Shown here: positions 35,613 through 45,870 of the stretch, piece by piece
Position numbering within the stretch: the stretch's first letter is position 1
How the letters are laid out: each line of letters begins with the position of its first letter
NCBI GenBank assembly: GCA_049318945.1
Contig: JBMOEO010000004.1
Span: 10,904 to 74,903, forward strand
DNA: 64,000 nucleotides
From: Phototrophicaceae bacterium
Lineage (GTDB): Bacteria; Chloroflexota; Anaerolineae; Aggregatilineales; Phototrophicaceae
Reading direction: 5' to 3'
The notes under the pieces: generated by a model
Database searches by the model: none
Told to the model about the DNA's origin: nothing
Seen by the model: only the letters and a program-made list of their open reading frames with translations
Translations under genes and position numbers: made by a program

Positions 35613-37046
35613 TTATTGCCCGCTCATGGACAGCACCTTGCCGATTGTGCGCCAGATGATGCTACCATCTAACAAGGGGTTGGCATGGCGCACGTAGTAT
35701 AAGTCATATTCCAGTTTACGCCGTGAATCCTCATCGTTAGAACCGTAGGGATAACACACCTGCGCCCACCCCGTTAAACCGGGGCGCACCACTTGGCGCG
35801 TGTTGTAAAAGGGGATCGTTTGCATCAAGCGTTCGATATGCTCTGGGCGTTCTGGGCGGGGTCCAATGATGGACATATCCCCAACCAATACGTTATAGAT
35901 TTGTGGCAATTCATCCAAGCGCGTTTTACGCAGGAACTTCCCCACTCGTGTCACGCGCATATCATTCTTTTGAGCGAACACCGCGCCAATCTTAGACTCG
36001 GCATCCTTCACCATCGAACGGAATTTATAAATGCGGAACAGTTTGCCGTTACGACCAACGCGCATCTGCGAATAGAAGATGTCGCCGGGGGTATCTAGCC
36101 GAATCGCAAGCGCGATCACGGGGAACATCAGCGCAAAGATCAACCCACCCACCACCGCCAAAGTCAAATCAAAGACTCGCTTGAAGGGGCGATACACATC
36201 AAACATGGATTCCACGCGCGAGGGCAAAACAATTTGCCAGTGCATGTTGATATGGTCAACTGGCACCGAATGGGTCAGCTGCTCATAGAGCAACGGCATG
36301 GGCAAGATCGCCACGCCACGCTCATAGGCGGACATCAACTGCCCTAGCAAAACATCACTCAAAGGGGTTTCATTTGCCAAGACCACTTCCGAGATGTTCA
36401 ACGCCCCCACCATGCGAGCGTCAATCTTGCGATACCCCAGTTGGCTAGGGTCATTGGCATCGGCATCTTGAATGTAGCCGACGATCTCATACGAATCATC
36501 AGCATGGTTCAAGATGGCGTGGGTGATCGTTTTGGATGCCTTGCCACAACCAACAATCGCCACGCGACGCACTTGGGTGGTGATGTGTAGCAATTGCAAG
36601 CAATAGATACGCCACAGGGCAATCAACACGAAGGAGAGGCTGGCATGATACAAGACCAGCAAACGTGGTAAGGCAGTGCGTGGAGCAAAGAAGAAAATCC
36701 CCACATACACGACCAAGAACTGAATGGTGGTGATGGAAAGGTTTTGTACAGTCTTGAGGCGCGTCCGCACCGAGTTGAGGTTATAGAACCCGTTGGCATA
36801 CGCCAAGAATAACCAGCTCAAACTTAATAAGGGAAACCAAAATAAATTCTCTTGAATATAATCTAGGGTGAAGTTTGTGCTAGAAGTCATCGTCCACAGT
36901 GCCAAACTCACTAGAATGGACACCATGATAACCAGCGCGTCCCCTAGCGCGATCATGCGCCGACGGTCATTGATCGCTAGTTGGCGCGTTTGCGTCGCTT
37001 GTAATTTAGAGATGGCTTGGGTGGTTTGGGTGGAGTGCTGTAACAT
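35613..37046 (-). CDS. Polyprenyl glycosylphosphotransferase (WbaP/EpsL-type bacterial sugar transferase)
   Basis: ATG at 37046 with GAGG 6 nt upstream; the track ORF starts at 37067. N-terminal TM helices, a Rossmann-like central domain (RVAIVGCG) and a C-terminal FKRVFDL...GPRPERP...PGLTGWAQV sugar transferase domain. Confidence 0.9.
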   Translation of the reverse strand: MLQHSTQTTQAISKLQATQTRQLAINDRRRMIALGDALVIMVSILVSLALWTMTSSTNFTLDYIQENLFWFPLLSLSWLFLAYANGFYNLNSVRTRLKTVQNLSITTIQFLVVYVGIFFFAPRTALPRLLVLYHASLSFVLIALWRIYCLQLLHITTQVRRVAIVGCGKASKTITHAILNHADDSYEIVGYIQDADANDPSQLGYRKIDARMVGALNISEVVLANETPLSDVLLGQLMSAYERGVAILPMPLLYEQLTHSVPVDHINMHWQIVLPSRVESMFDVYRPFKRVFDLTLAVVGGLIFALMFPVIALAIRLDTPGDIFYSQMRVGRNGKLFRIYKFRSMVKDAESKIGAVFAQKNDMRVTRVGKFLRKTRLDELPQIYNVLVGDMSIIGPRPERPEHIERLMQTIPFYNTRQVVRPGLTGWAQVCYPYGSNDEDSRRKLEYDLYYVRHANPLLDGSIIWRTIGKVLSMSGQ

Positions 37047-37306
37047 GACAACCTCGCATTTCCTCATTCATGAATCTACAAGTAAATTCTATGTCATGCG
37101 GAAAAGCCGTTGCTACATAAAAAAGATAAACAGCGCGTTCGAGTTTACAAACCTATAGCCCTGATGCTAATGATTGGTTTGATATGCGTTTAATCTTAAC
37201 CACCCCCTAACGCCCGTAAAACTAGATAACAACGTTCACGGAGGAGAACTGCTCCAGCGATACCACACTTTTAGCGCGGGGCTATACGTTCTTCACAATA
37301 TAACAC

Positions 37307-38194
37307 TTAATCAACCTGTTCGATGTGTTGCAGGTGAAAGCGTGCTTGTGGCTTGTACGGTTGAAAACACGAGGACGGAAGCGGTTCATGTTGCGTCACG
37401 TTGAGTTGAACGCGGTAGCTTTTTCCTTGTGCATCACTAAACATGATTTGCCACACATCCGCGCTAACCTGCTCGCTTGTTCGCCAAGTCAAGTCAGCAT
37501 CAGCTAACAACTGTTCCTGTTTGCGTAAGAAGTATTCTGCTGCATTCACCCATGCTGAATAGGCAGTGCGCCCACGATATAGTGGTAACAGCACTTGGTC
37601 AGCACGAATCGCCTGTGCCAAAGAGGGGACTTGTTCCTCTGTGATATAGCCATACGTCACCCCACTAGGGAAAACAATCCCTGTCGAGGCGAAACGATGC
37701 CCACCAATATGGGTACATTGCCATGTATGAATCCCCTCTTGCGACTGGAACGCCTGATAAATTGGCAAGCCGAATTTTGCACAACACTGGTCACGCTTGC
37801 CGTTGGTACAAACTAAGAATAGCTTCTCATCGCTGGGGGATAGTTGGCTGTGCCCTTGAATGATCTGTTGTGGATCATACGAGAGCAACTCGCTATAGTC
37901 GTCAAAGGGTACATGATAGAGGGTTGGGCGGTGGGGCGTGGTATCTATGATATAGAATGAGCGCGTCGCACGTGGCTTTTCCGAGCGGATGAGCAAGGGG
38001 CGACTGCGAGGAATGCACCGTTGAGCATCGTGCAACCACGCTTGCACCGCTGGCGGCAAGTCATTATCCTCTAGTGCTTGGTTGCGCCATTCCCCATGAT
38101 ACTCCAAAAGCAACCATACCATCGCTTCTGAGGCTGTGCCGTAAGGTTCGATGCCCATTTGATACGATTGTTGAGAGCAAAAATCAGTTGACAT
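37307..38194 (-). CDS. Sucrase/ferredoxin-like (thioredoxin-like 2Fe-2S) family protein
   Basis: 295 aa. VCTNGKRDQCCAKFG and CTHIGGHRFA motifs. Confidence 0.7.
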   Translation of the reverse strand: MSTDFCSQQSYQMGIEPYGTASEAMVWLLLEYHGEWRNQALEDNDLPPAVQAWLHDAQRCIPRSRPLLIRSEKPRATRSFYIIDTTPHRPTLYHVPFDDYSELLSYDPQQIIQGHSQLSPSDEKLFLVCTNGKRDQCCAKFGLPIYQAFQSQEGIHTWQCTHIGGHRFASTGIVFPSGVTYGYITEEQVPSLAQAIRADQVLLPLYRGRTAYSAWVNAAEYFLRKQEQLLADADLTWRTSEQVSADVWQIMFSDAQGKSYRVQLNVTQHEPLPSSCFQPYKPQARFHLQHIEQVD

Positions 38195-38224
38195 GGTATC
38201 TTCCTATTCGATATGGGCTGGCTA

Positions 38225-38653
38225 TCAGTTGAGCAAATTGTCGGAGGGGTTGGATAAACTACTTAACAGATTACGAAGTTGGGGGTCTAACTGAATGAGG
38301 ATGGACAAGGCATGTTCAAGGCTATCGGCAAATTGTACGGGACAATTCACCAGTTTATAGAACATGATGATTGCCAATCTGCGGATACGGTTGTACTTCC
38401 CAATGTAGATGGTCATCCCAACTTTTGGACTAACAGGGTAAGTAGCGAATTGTTTGGTCTCGGTAGGTTTATACGGCATGCCACTCACCTCTTCAGAATC
38501 AATCAAGGTGTACACTACCGGGGCAGTGGATTGGCTGAACAATTCCATAATGCGCTCGATCATGCCATGTAGACGCGGATAGTCTAAAATGCCATCGTTC
38601 TTCATATAGATGATATGGTTAGGGAGATACCAGTCTACTTGATTTCGCACCAT
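38225..38653 (-). CDS. STAS/SpoIIAA-like small protein (paralog E)
   Basis: Trimmed to the ATG at 38653 (MVRNQVDWYLPNHIIYMK), homologous to the paralog F start. About 50% identical to F (GKYNRIRRLAIIMFYKLVN). Confidence 0.65.
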   Translation of the reverse strand: MVRNQVDWYLPNHIIYMKNDGILDYPRLHGMIERIMELFSQSTAPVVYTLIDSEEVSGMPYKPTETKQFATYPVSPKVGMTIYIGKYNRIRRLAIIMFYKLVNCPVQFADSLEHALSILIQLDPQLRNLLSSLSNPSDNLLN

Positions 38654-38795
38654 TTTAAGTTTTACTTCACATATCCACACATTGCACAATTGATATTATC
38701 ATATACAACTATACTTAGATCAAGATGTGTATTCTCTCATTTGAGATATTTTTTACTAATGTATCCGTGATCGCTCCTGCGAAATGGCATTTTGG

Positions 38796-39221
38796 TCAGT
38801 CTAAAAGAGTGGTAGGTTGATAGTTTTGTAAGAGTGGTTGTAGCACCGCGTCGCGTTCCATGAGGAGGACTAGGGCATCTTCGATGGTATCGGCAAATTC
38901 CAGTTGGCTATTCACCAGCTTATAGAACATCACGATTGCCAATTTGCGGATGCGGTTATACTTCCCAAGATAAACCGTTATGCCAATCTTCGGGGAATGT
39001 GCATAAGAACCCAGTTGACGATACACAGTTTCTAAGTCAAAGGGTGAGCTGGTGACATCCTGCGAATCCACCAGCGTATGAATGGTCATTGCTGATGATT
39101 GGTTTACCATCTCGATGATGCGCTGGGAACGTTGGTGGAGGATGGTGTAATCAACAATCCCTGTTTGTTTGACATATATAATATGATCTTGCAGATACCA
39201 TACAACATCATTCACAGCCAT
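38796..39221 (-). CDS. STAS/SpoIIAA-like small protein (paralog F)
   Basis: ATG at 39221 with AGGAA upstream (MAVNDVVWYLQDHIIYVK). 141 aa. Confidence 0.65.
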   Translation of the reverse strand: MAVNDVVWYLQDHIIYVKQTGIVDYTILHQRSQRIIEMVNQSSAMTIHTLVDSQDVTSSPFDLETVYRQLGSYAHSPKIGITVYLGKYNRIRKLAIVMFYKLVNSQLEFADTIEDALVLLMERDAVLQPLLQNYQPTTLLD

Positions 39222-39265
39222 GATCGTTCCTAACCGTTGGTTTATTAAATGTGGCAATTATATAT

Positions 39266-39296
39266 GAAAATACCCATCAAAATGACGGGTATTTTC
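39266..39296 (-). terminator. Hairpin terminator after the BcsB-like gene
   Basis: GAAAATACCC-11 nt-GGGTATTTTC, a 10-bp perfect stem. On the minus strand the T-rich 3' arm runs into ATATATAATT. About 22 nt after the stop at 39319. Confidence 0.65.
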
Positions 39297-39318
39297 ACAA
39301 GATGTAAGGCTTAAATTA

Positions 39319-40566
39319 TTAGCGCGAGCGTGGGCGCAAGAAGCGAATCACCACCCCAATCACCAACAAGATCATGACCAACGCCGTCACCACCAGCAAG
39401 AGATTAACAAATGCGGGTTGGGTGGCTTCTGCCGTTGTGATTTCATTGGGTGCCAAGGGGATGATCGGAATTTCGGTGGGTGTCACCGTAGGTACGACTA
39501 CCGTAATCACGGGGGTGGGTGGCAACGCCTGTAAAGTGGCGTTGGGGGTTGTTTGTGCAGGAGCGGGCGTGGTGGTGATGGCAGCCACCGAGGTCGCAGC
39601 TTGGTTGGTAGCGATCTGAATATTTTCTGCGAACAAGTCTGGAACGGCTTGGAGCAATTCTTGTGGGCTAGACAAAACCTTGCTGTCAATCGGGTTGACA
39701 TTGTTGGAGGTGACGAAGACCACATCCCCAGACAGTTCACGGCTATCAAATTGGCTATTGGCGATCGCATTAACGGCATACGCTTGCCCTTGTACGCCCG
39801 TGCCGGTTAGCACCAACACACTACGATTAGCGTTCCATGGCGAGATGATGCGTTGCAACACCCCTACCTCAAAGCCGGGCAACAAGCGATAGCTCACATC
39901 GTCCAGCTTTTGCTCTAGTTCATCTGAACCTTCCACAAACGGTTGAGGCAAGTTGGTATTGAGATCACGGATGAGCGGGTTCGTGGAGGGGCGACCAATC
40001 AAGATGAAGTTGTATTGCGTTAGGTCTACACCACTGGGCAACTCACCCACATTCAAGCGCGGGGTAATCCCCTCGCCACGCACGACCGACGCACCCAACC
40101 GCGAAAGCAAACGCATGGTTTGTTCGAGTTCTTCGTTGGTGGGGTTGGCTGGTAGATTAATCCACAAGTCGCTTAGGTTTGCCAACTGGTTGAACGGAGC
40201 AGGGAATTGGCTCACATAGCGATTGTTGGTGGCGTTGACACTGGCGGGCACATAGGACAGGTTCAAGGCAGAATCTGCACTCAAGGTAAACCATGCCAAG
40301 CCATCATCAGGAGTGAAGCACTCAAAGTCGGTGGTGGTTTCTAACAAGAAGGTGAGCGTGTTGTTTTGCCCAGAGATCACCACATTGGGGGGAATGGGAG
40401 CGCGTAATTGCTTCAGACCAGAAGCGGTTACTTGTGCGCCGTCTTCTTCGCTCAAGACTGTGCTTCCAATCGGGGTTTCATTCACCAAGACAGTAAAGGA
40501 AGAAATACCCGTTTCTAGCAAATCGCTATTGTTGAAGTAGACATCTACGTAAGAGTCATTCCCCAA
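39319..40566 (-). CDS. BcsB-like (cellulose synthase regulatory subunit-like) C-terminal fragment with PT-rich linker and C-terminal TM anchor
   Basis: 415-aa ORF from TTG 40566, in frame with the upstream 773-aa ORF across a single TAA. Contains VLVNETPIGSTVL and a flavodoxin-like FILIGRPSTNPLI segment. C-terminal LLLVVTALVMILLVIGVVIRF anchor. Confidence 0.65.
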   Translation of the reverse strand: MGNDSYVDVYFNNSDLLETGISSFTVLVNETPIGSTVLSEEDGAQVTASGLKQLRAPIPPNVVISGQNNTLTFLLETTTDFECFTPDDGLAWFTLSADSALNLSYVPASVNATNNRYVSQFPAPFNQLANLSDLWINLPANPTNEELEQTMRLLSRLGASVVRGEGITPRLNVGELPSGVDLTQYNFILIGRPSTNPLIRDLNTNLPQPFVEGSDELEQKLDDVSYRLLPGFEVGVLQRIISPWNANRSVLVLTGTGVQGQAYAVNAIANSQFDSRELSGDVVFVTSNNVNPIDSKVLSSPQELLQAVPDLFAENIQIATNQAATSVAAITTTPAPAQTTPNATLQALPPTPVITVVVPTVTPTEIPIIPLAPNEITTAEATQPAFVNLLLVVTALVMILLVIGVVIRFLRPRSR

Positions 40567-40590
40567 AACCGTGCCGGCAGGGATCGCAAA

Positions 40591-42912
40591 TTACGTGTCG
40601 AAGCGATTTGTACCCAAACCACGCAAAATCAAATCATCCCCAGAAATCCCCAAGTCAGCCAAGGTTAACTTGGCGGGGGCATAGAGATCGCTGCTAGTGC
40701 GGATGATGGAGCGGTTATCGGTGATAATCGTGAGCGGTCCGCTGGCTTGCAAAGGAGAGGGAGGACCCGCAACCGCTTGAGCGGCTTTGAGTACGCCTTC
40801 ATCGGTCATCCCGCTGACCACCATGATCGCGCGTTGTTCGTTGCGTGGGTTCGCAATCAGTTGAACCACGCCGTCGGTTTCTGCTAGTGCCTCCCCATTA
40901 AAGCTGATGGCATCGTCCGCCATTTGCGTGAGCAACAATTGCCCGTTGTACAAATCAGCAATCAAGTTATTTTCAGCAGGAGTACCCACCATGATGATGT
41001 TGTTCTGGATATATTCCTCATCGGTGAGTTGTTCAGCAGTGCGCACTTTAATATCAACTTCGTTCCCACTCAAAAAGCCCAAGCCACCCACGACACTGGC
41101 AGCCGCATCTAGCATGTTTTGGCTGGGGTTAGCCGGCAAAACCAAGTAAGCCACTTCGCGCTCATTTGCTAACGGGAGGTTATAGAAGGGGCGCGGATAC
41201 TGTGCAAGATTCAACAATGGGGACAACTCGCGGTATTCAAGGTGAATATAGGAGTTGGCGGCAGAGCTGGTGATGGAAGAGGAAATGCGCTGTTCACACG
41301 CATCTTGTGCGTTGAAGCGAATATCAAGGCGGTGCAACGCGCGGTTAGAATCCGCAAGGAGATCATTAGGCAAGACGATTTCAAGGCGTTGCTTTTGGTT
41401 ATTGACCGTCTCGTTCAATTCCACCGAGCTAATCAAGCGACCATCTAAGCTGATCTCGATACTACTATTCGGGAGTACCGTATCCACAGGGGTGGCATTG
41501 TTCTGATCGTTCTTGGAGGTTTGGGTATAGGTTAGGTCTAAGAACAGGATGTTATTCCCGTCGATCTTCCAGTCATTGGGCAAGCGCAAGAGTAGGCTAG
41601 TGTTGCCCCCTGGTGAAGAAAGGGTGAAATCACGGAAGCGTAAGATGTTGAAAGGCGCGTCCTGTGCTAACAAGGTTTGTCCGGGATAGGGTGTGGATAC
41701 GGGCAACAACACACTCGCGCCGGGGGTGGGGGTGATGCAGTTCACCGTTTGCCCATCTTTACACACTTCAGGAGTGGGTGTCACCGTCACCGCGCCAGAT
41801 TGAATCGCTGCGGCGGGAGTGGTCAATTGGGCAACCGTAGTAGGAAGGGGTGTGGTGGTGGCAATGATTTGCCCGTTGTCATAAACGGGAACATTATCCA
41901 ACGAGCCACTGATTGCTACCCCACTGGCAGCAACCCAGCCCTCAAGGTTGCCCGTGCGTACTAGATACCAATCACTGGCAAGGTTCACACCGCGCACATC
42001 CGCAATCGCTTGACGTGCCAATTGCCCCACCTGTGCCGCCTCTAAGCTAGACCCACCGCGTACATTGATGTCCGCAACCGAGATTGCCTGTGGAGGAATC
42101 TGTGCGCTTGTCACCGCTTGTGGGGTTAGCTCCCCAAGCGTTAAGCCTTCGGGGCTGATTTGTCGGATGTAAGGCGCGTATGCCCAACCAACATTGCCAG
42201 TTTCATCATAGGTGAAGCCCACCCATTCAGCATCTTCTTGGACATCAGAGATGATACATTCCGTGCCACCGGGGGCAATCGTGCCAATCACATTACACAA
42301 GAAACTTGCGCATTCGCGCCGTTCGGTGGGCACAACAATATCAATGACTTCGCAATCAATGTCTGCTTTAGAGTAGACTAGGTTTTCGCCACTGATGTAT
42401 CCACCACTTTGTAAGCCCACCCAAGAAGTACCAAAGTAGCCATATTGGGTGACGCACACAATATCGTTCTCGCCGATGGTGCGCAAGACTTGTGCATCTG
42501 GCTGGGGTTCTTTACGGATGTTCAGCGTGCCATACGGTTGATGAGCATTGCAATATTGGAACGGATCAGCATCTTCGTTGGGCAAGCCCGGTTCAATCAA
42601 GTTTGCCAGTACATAGCCATCTTGTGCTGTTCCGTTGACGTTGACATCCACCATCAACCAATTGGGGTTATCATACGCCACCCCCCGCACACACACGCCA
42701 TCGGCTGGAGTCAAGCTCCCGATTACGTCGCAGTTTTCCCCTGCGCATGAGCGCACTACCGCGCTACCGACTGAATCTGCGGTGTGGTAATTTTGACACG
42801 ACAACGACTTTTCACTGTTAGATGCCATCAACTGTGGCAACAAGAACGCCGTCACCACAACCGCTATCAACAGTGTGGTGAAGATGATGGTCTTATTAGA
42901 CTGATTTCGCAT
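40591..42912 (-). CDS. Signal-anchored protein with about 4 SH3b-like repeats and a first BcsB-like repeat (N-terminal part of a split BcsB-like gene)
   Basis: 773 aa. N-terminal TM helix. Repeated C..C..IG / W-containing SH3b-like units. Then LRFRDFTLSS...IEISLDGRLISSVEL and NIIMVGTPAENNLI, parallel to the second repeat in the downstream ORF. Confidence 0.7.
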   Translation of the reverse strand: MRNQSNKTIIFTTLLIAVVVTAFLLPQLMASNSEKSLSCQNYHTADSVGSAVVRSCAGENCDVIGSLTPADGVCVRGVAYDNPNWLMVDVNVNGTAQDGYVLANLIEPGLPNEDADPFQYCNAHQPYGTLNIRKEPQPDAQVLRTIGENDIVCVTQYGYFGTSWVGLQSGGYISGENLVYSKADIDCEVIDIVVPTERRECASFLCNVIGTIAPGGTECIISDVQEDAEWVGFTYDETGNVGWAYAPYIRQISPEGLTLGELTPQAVTSAQIPPQAISVADINVRGGSSLEAAQVGQLARQAIADVRGVNLASDWYLVRTGNLEGWVAASGVAISGSLDNVPVYDNGQIIATTTPLPTTVAQLTTPAAAIQSGAVTVTPTPEVCKDGQTVNCITPTPGASVLLPVSTPYPGQTLLAQDAPFNILRFRDFTLSSPGGNTSLLLRLPNDWKIDGNNILFLDLTYTQTSKNDQNNATPVDTVLPNSSIEISLDGRLISSVELNETVNNQKQRLEIVLPNDLLADSNRALHRLDIRFNAQDACEQRISSSITSSAANSYIHLEYRELSPLLNLAQYPRPFYNLPLANEREVAYLVLPANPSQNMLDAAASVVGGLGFLSGNEVDIKVRTAEQLTDEEYIQNNIIMVGTPAENNLIADLYNGQLLLTQMADDAISFNGEALAETDGVVQLIANPRNEQRAIMVVSGMTDEGVLKAAQAVAGPPSPLQASGPLTIITDNRSIIRTSSDLYAPAKLTLADLGISGDDLILRGLGTNRFDT

Positions 42913-42950
42913 ATTCTCTGTAATCCTTTTATGTGTTCAAGAATGCGTTG

Positions 42951-44468
42951 TTATTTGAATGCTTTTGCCACGCCATTGGCGAGGCTCTTGGCTTTCTCTT
43001 TAGCAATGACGGTTTGAGCAGCGATCGAGGTAGAAGCCATGAGTGCCAACCCAAAACGGAAATAGCGCACCCAGTCATCATGCAGAAAGATGCTGGTGAT
43101 TAAATATGACATGAAACCGAATTGCACCCCACGCACCCACGGGATCATGTCTTCGCGCCCAACAGCCCGCAAGCCCGCTACCCCGTTTTGCGTTACAAGG
43201 TAGAAGGTTGCCAACATGCCACCGAACGACAGAATACCTATCAAGCCGGTTTCAGACATCACCTCAAGGTAGAGGCTATGGGCAGAACGTGCTTCTACGC
43301 GCGAGTCTAGCCCCAAGCGTTCTGAGTATTCTTGGTAGCTTTCCTCATAACTAGAATAGCCAATCCCTAAGATGGGGTGTTCAAGGAACATTTGAATGGC
43401 AACAACCGCCTCGCTTGTCCGCCCGGTGAAGCTGGCTTCGTTGCGCGTTTCAGACTGATTGAAGACACTGCCCAGCGTGCTGATGCGTTCCATATAGCCC
43501 TTAGGCAAAAACGGAATAATCGACCCGATCAAGATCGTCACGATACCACCCACTAAAATGATGTTCATCCGCCGCTCTAGGACGATCAAGCCCAACACAC
43601 CTGCCATTGCCACCAACGCCGCCCGTGAGTACGTCCCCACTACAGCGATCATGATCGTGGCAGAAATACCTAGCCCAATCGTGCGGAGCATGGGGTTAGG
43701 ATCAGTTAGCCCACGATAAATCGCAAATGGCAACACCAACAACAATATCTGAGAATAGTAGTTGGGATCATCCAGCGGACCCACTGGGCGGTTATTGTCT
43801 AGGTCTTCAAATACCTGATGGACGGGTGCTTTAGCAAAGCCGAAAAATTCGTTATCGTAGTCCCCCGTCACCACTTGGATGGTGGTCAAGGAGGAAAGGA
43901 AGAACGCCCCAATGATAATCACCCAGATCATGCGCTTGAAGTGTAGTTCGTTTTCCACCAACTGCACCAAGATGATGATGATGGCAATATCCTTGATGTA
44001 GTCAATCAAGTTGTCGAAGGCGATCCCAATTTTGCCAGAGGCAAACAACGTCACCACCGCCACCGCGGCATAGATCATGACGGAAAAGTCTAATGCCCCA
44101 AACACCAGCGGCTTCTTTTGGATGATTGCCCGCGTTCCGATCACCGCCACAAACGTTAAGGCAACCAGTAGCTTGTTGGTACTAGGGATGCCGAAGGCAA
44201 CTTCCACCACATCAGAGGCATTCGTATAGATGGAAAAGACCAAGATATACATCGCCATCTCTGGGCGAACCACCATGATGGGACCGGCGACTACCGCCAT
44301 CAACCCCACCACCACAAATATTCCGTACTTGGTGGCTCCTATCGCATAGGAGCCAGCCAATACCACCAAGATTGCGGTTAAAAGTAATGCGCCAAAGACC
44401 ACTCGCTGACCGCTGAAGGCATCACGCAGGTCATTAGAATCTTGTGCGACTAGATAACTTTGTGCCAT
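42951..44468 (-). CDS. O-antigen ligase / Wzy-like polymerase family membrane protein
   Basis: ATG at 44468 preceded by AAGGAG with an 8-nt spacer; the track ORF starts at GTG 44477. 505 aa with about 12 helices and a central loop (YSRAALV...) typical of the Wzy_C/O-antigen ligase family. Confidence 0.75.
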   Translation of the reverse strand: MAQSYLVAQDSNDLRDAFSGQRVVFGALLLTAILVVLAGSYAIGATKYGIFVVVGLMAVVAGPIMVVRPEMAMYILVFSIYTNASDVVEVAFGIPSTNKLLVALTFVAVIGTRAIIQKKPLVFGALDFSVMIYAAVAVVTLFASGKIGIAFDNLIDYIKDIAIIIILVQLVENELHFKRMIWVIIIGAFFLSSLTTIQVVTGDYDNEFFGFAKAPVHQVFEDLDNNRPVGPLDDPNYYSQILLLVLPFAIYRGLTDPNPMLRTIGLGISATIMIAVVGTYSRAALVAMAGVLGLIVLERRMNIILVGGIVTILIGSIIPFLPKGYMERISTLGSVFNQSETRNEASFTGRTSEAVVAIQMFLEHPILGIGYSSYEESYQEYSERLGLDSRVEARSAHSLYLEVMSETGLIGILSFGGMLATFYLVTQNGVAGLRAVGREDMIPWVRGVQFGFMSYLITSIFLHDDWVRYFRFGLALMASTSIAAQTVIAKEKAKSLANGVAKAFK

Positions 44469-44480
44469 GTTGGTCACTCC

Positions 44481-45860
44481 TTATCCGAACGCGCCACCGT
44501 TGCGATCATCTTCACTTTCTACAAACGGATTGCTAGGGTCAGAATCACTGCCCTCTTCTACATCAGCCCGACGGTTTCCGCCACGATTGAAGACCCCACT
44601 CAACCGCCCCGTAGATGGACGCTTGCGTGATCCGTCCTCAGCAGGTTTAGCTTGTTGCACACGTTCAACAACGATGCTGTCATTATTCAAAACGTTTTCC
44701 AGTTCAATGCCGGTATCCTCAACAATATCATCCATCACGAACGCGCTAGGGGTTAAGCTAGACAGATGGACGCTACGTTCTGGGGTGGCATCTGCCTTTT
44801 CGATGGAGTGTTCTGCTTCTTCGATTAAAGCGTTAGAAGTCAAGTTACTGCCCCCACCATCGACCAAGCCGGTCATCGCGGTAAAGCTCGTGCCATAGTC
44901 CCCACTACGGAACAAATGGTTACGCAAGTTCTCATGAATCTTTTCAAGGCGACGGCTGGCATCATAGCCAGGGGTTTCTGGCAACAGGATCATGAAGGTA
45001 GTATCCCCACGATAAGCCACAATATCCACTTCGTCCAACTTGCTTTCAATCAAAACCGCTGCTTGATGCAGGAAGTCATCTTGAATGGCATTCGGCAACA
45101 ACTCGTAATCCTCATTGGGGATCAAGCGTAACTGCCCAACAGAGATCGGACGGTTACGGGTGCGTGCGCGTTCCACTTCAGAAGACAGGCGTTGTTGGAA
45201 GTAGCGCATGTTGTAAACGTTGGTACGGGAATCACGAATGGAGGAGCTTGCCACACGGTTAGCTGGGGTACGCAGGTAATCCAACAAGAGCGCAAGGGTC
45301 AAGCTGACCACAATACCCATTGCCGCGCCCAATACCGCATTTTGAATGTGATTGGGAGAAACAGGGTCTTCTTCCAAGATCACCGGATCAAGCTGTTGTA
45401 AGGGGAACGCATTGTACAATTCTTGTACCCGTTGAATCCCCAAGATGCCCACCGTCTCGTTCAAGCGTTGTACGAGCCGTGGCGAAGTCCCACGAGTAAC
45501 CAATAGCAGAACATTGCTGGTGGGCAAGACGGTACAACTGGTTTCATACTTCTCAAAATCAATGCCATCGACTACCCCCAAGCGTGTGAACGCGGTGGTG
45601 ATAGTAGAAGGACCGGTCATCACTTCACAATAGGTTACGCCAATCCCCTGACGACCTGACAGGGTATCCAAGCTGTAGACGCTGGCATCCAATGAAGACC
45701 CCAAAACCGGATTCAAGCCAATGACATAACGGCTAGTTGCTTCATAGATGGAGGGGCTACGATAGCTAAACAACAGGGTGAGCGTTAACGACATAATCGT
45801 TAAGGGGATAATCAACCACCATGCTCGGATAATGACTCTAAAATATTCTCTCAGTTCCAT
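44481..45860 (-). CDS. Wzz/PCP-like N-terminal domain fused to a degenerate GGDEF-like domain
   Basis: 459 aa. The MELREYFRVIIRAWWLI...YEA Wzz start has two TM helices flanking a ~170-aa loop. Then DSRTNVYNMRYFQQRL...VAYRGDTTFMILLPET aligns to the GGDEF fold, with GGDEF replaced by RGDTT/GDTTF. Confidence 0.7.
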   Translation of the reverse strand: MELREYFRVIIRAWWLIIPLTIMSLTLTLLFSYRSPSIYEATSRYVIGLNPVLGSSLDASVYSLDTLSGRQGIGVTYCEVMTGPSTITTAFTRLGVVDGIDFEKYETSCTVLPTSNVLLLVTRGTSPRLVQRLNETVGILGIQRVQELYNAFPLQQLDPVILEEDPVSPNHIQNAVLGAAMGIVVSLTLALLLDYLRTPANRVASSSIRDSRTNVYNMRYFQQRLSSEVERARTRNRPISVGQLRLIPNEDYELLPNAIQDDFLHQAAVLIESKLDEVDIVAYRGDTTFMILLPETPGYDASRRLEKIHENLRNHLFRSGDYGTSFTAMTGLVDGGGSNLTSNALIEEAEHSIEKADATPERSVHLSSLTPSAFVMDDIVEDTGIELENVLNNDSIVVERVQQAKPAEDGSRKRPSTGRLSGVFNRGGNRRADVEEGSDSDPSNPFVESEDDRNGGAFG

Positions 45861-45870
45861 ACGGTTTCAC

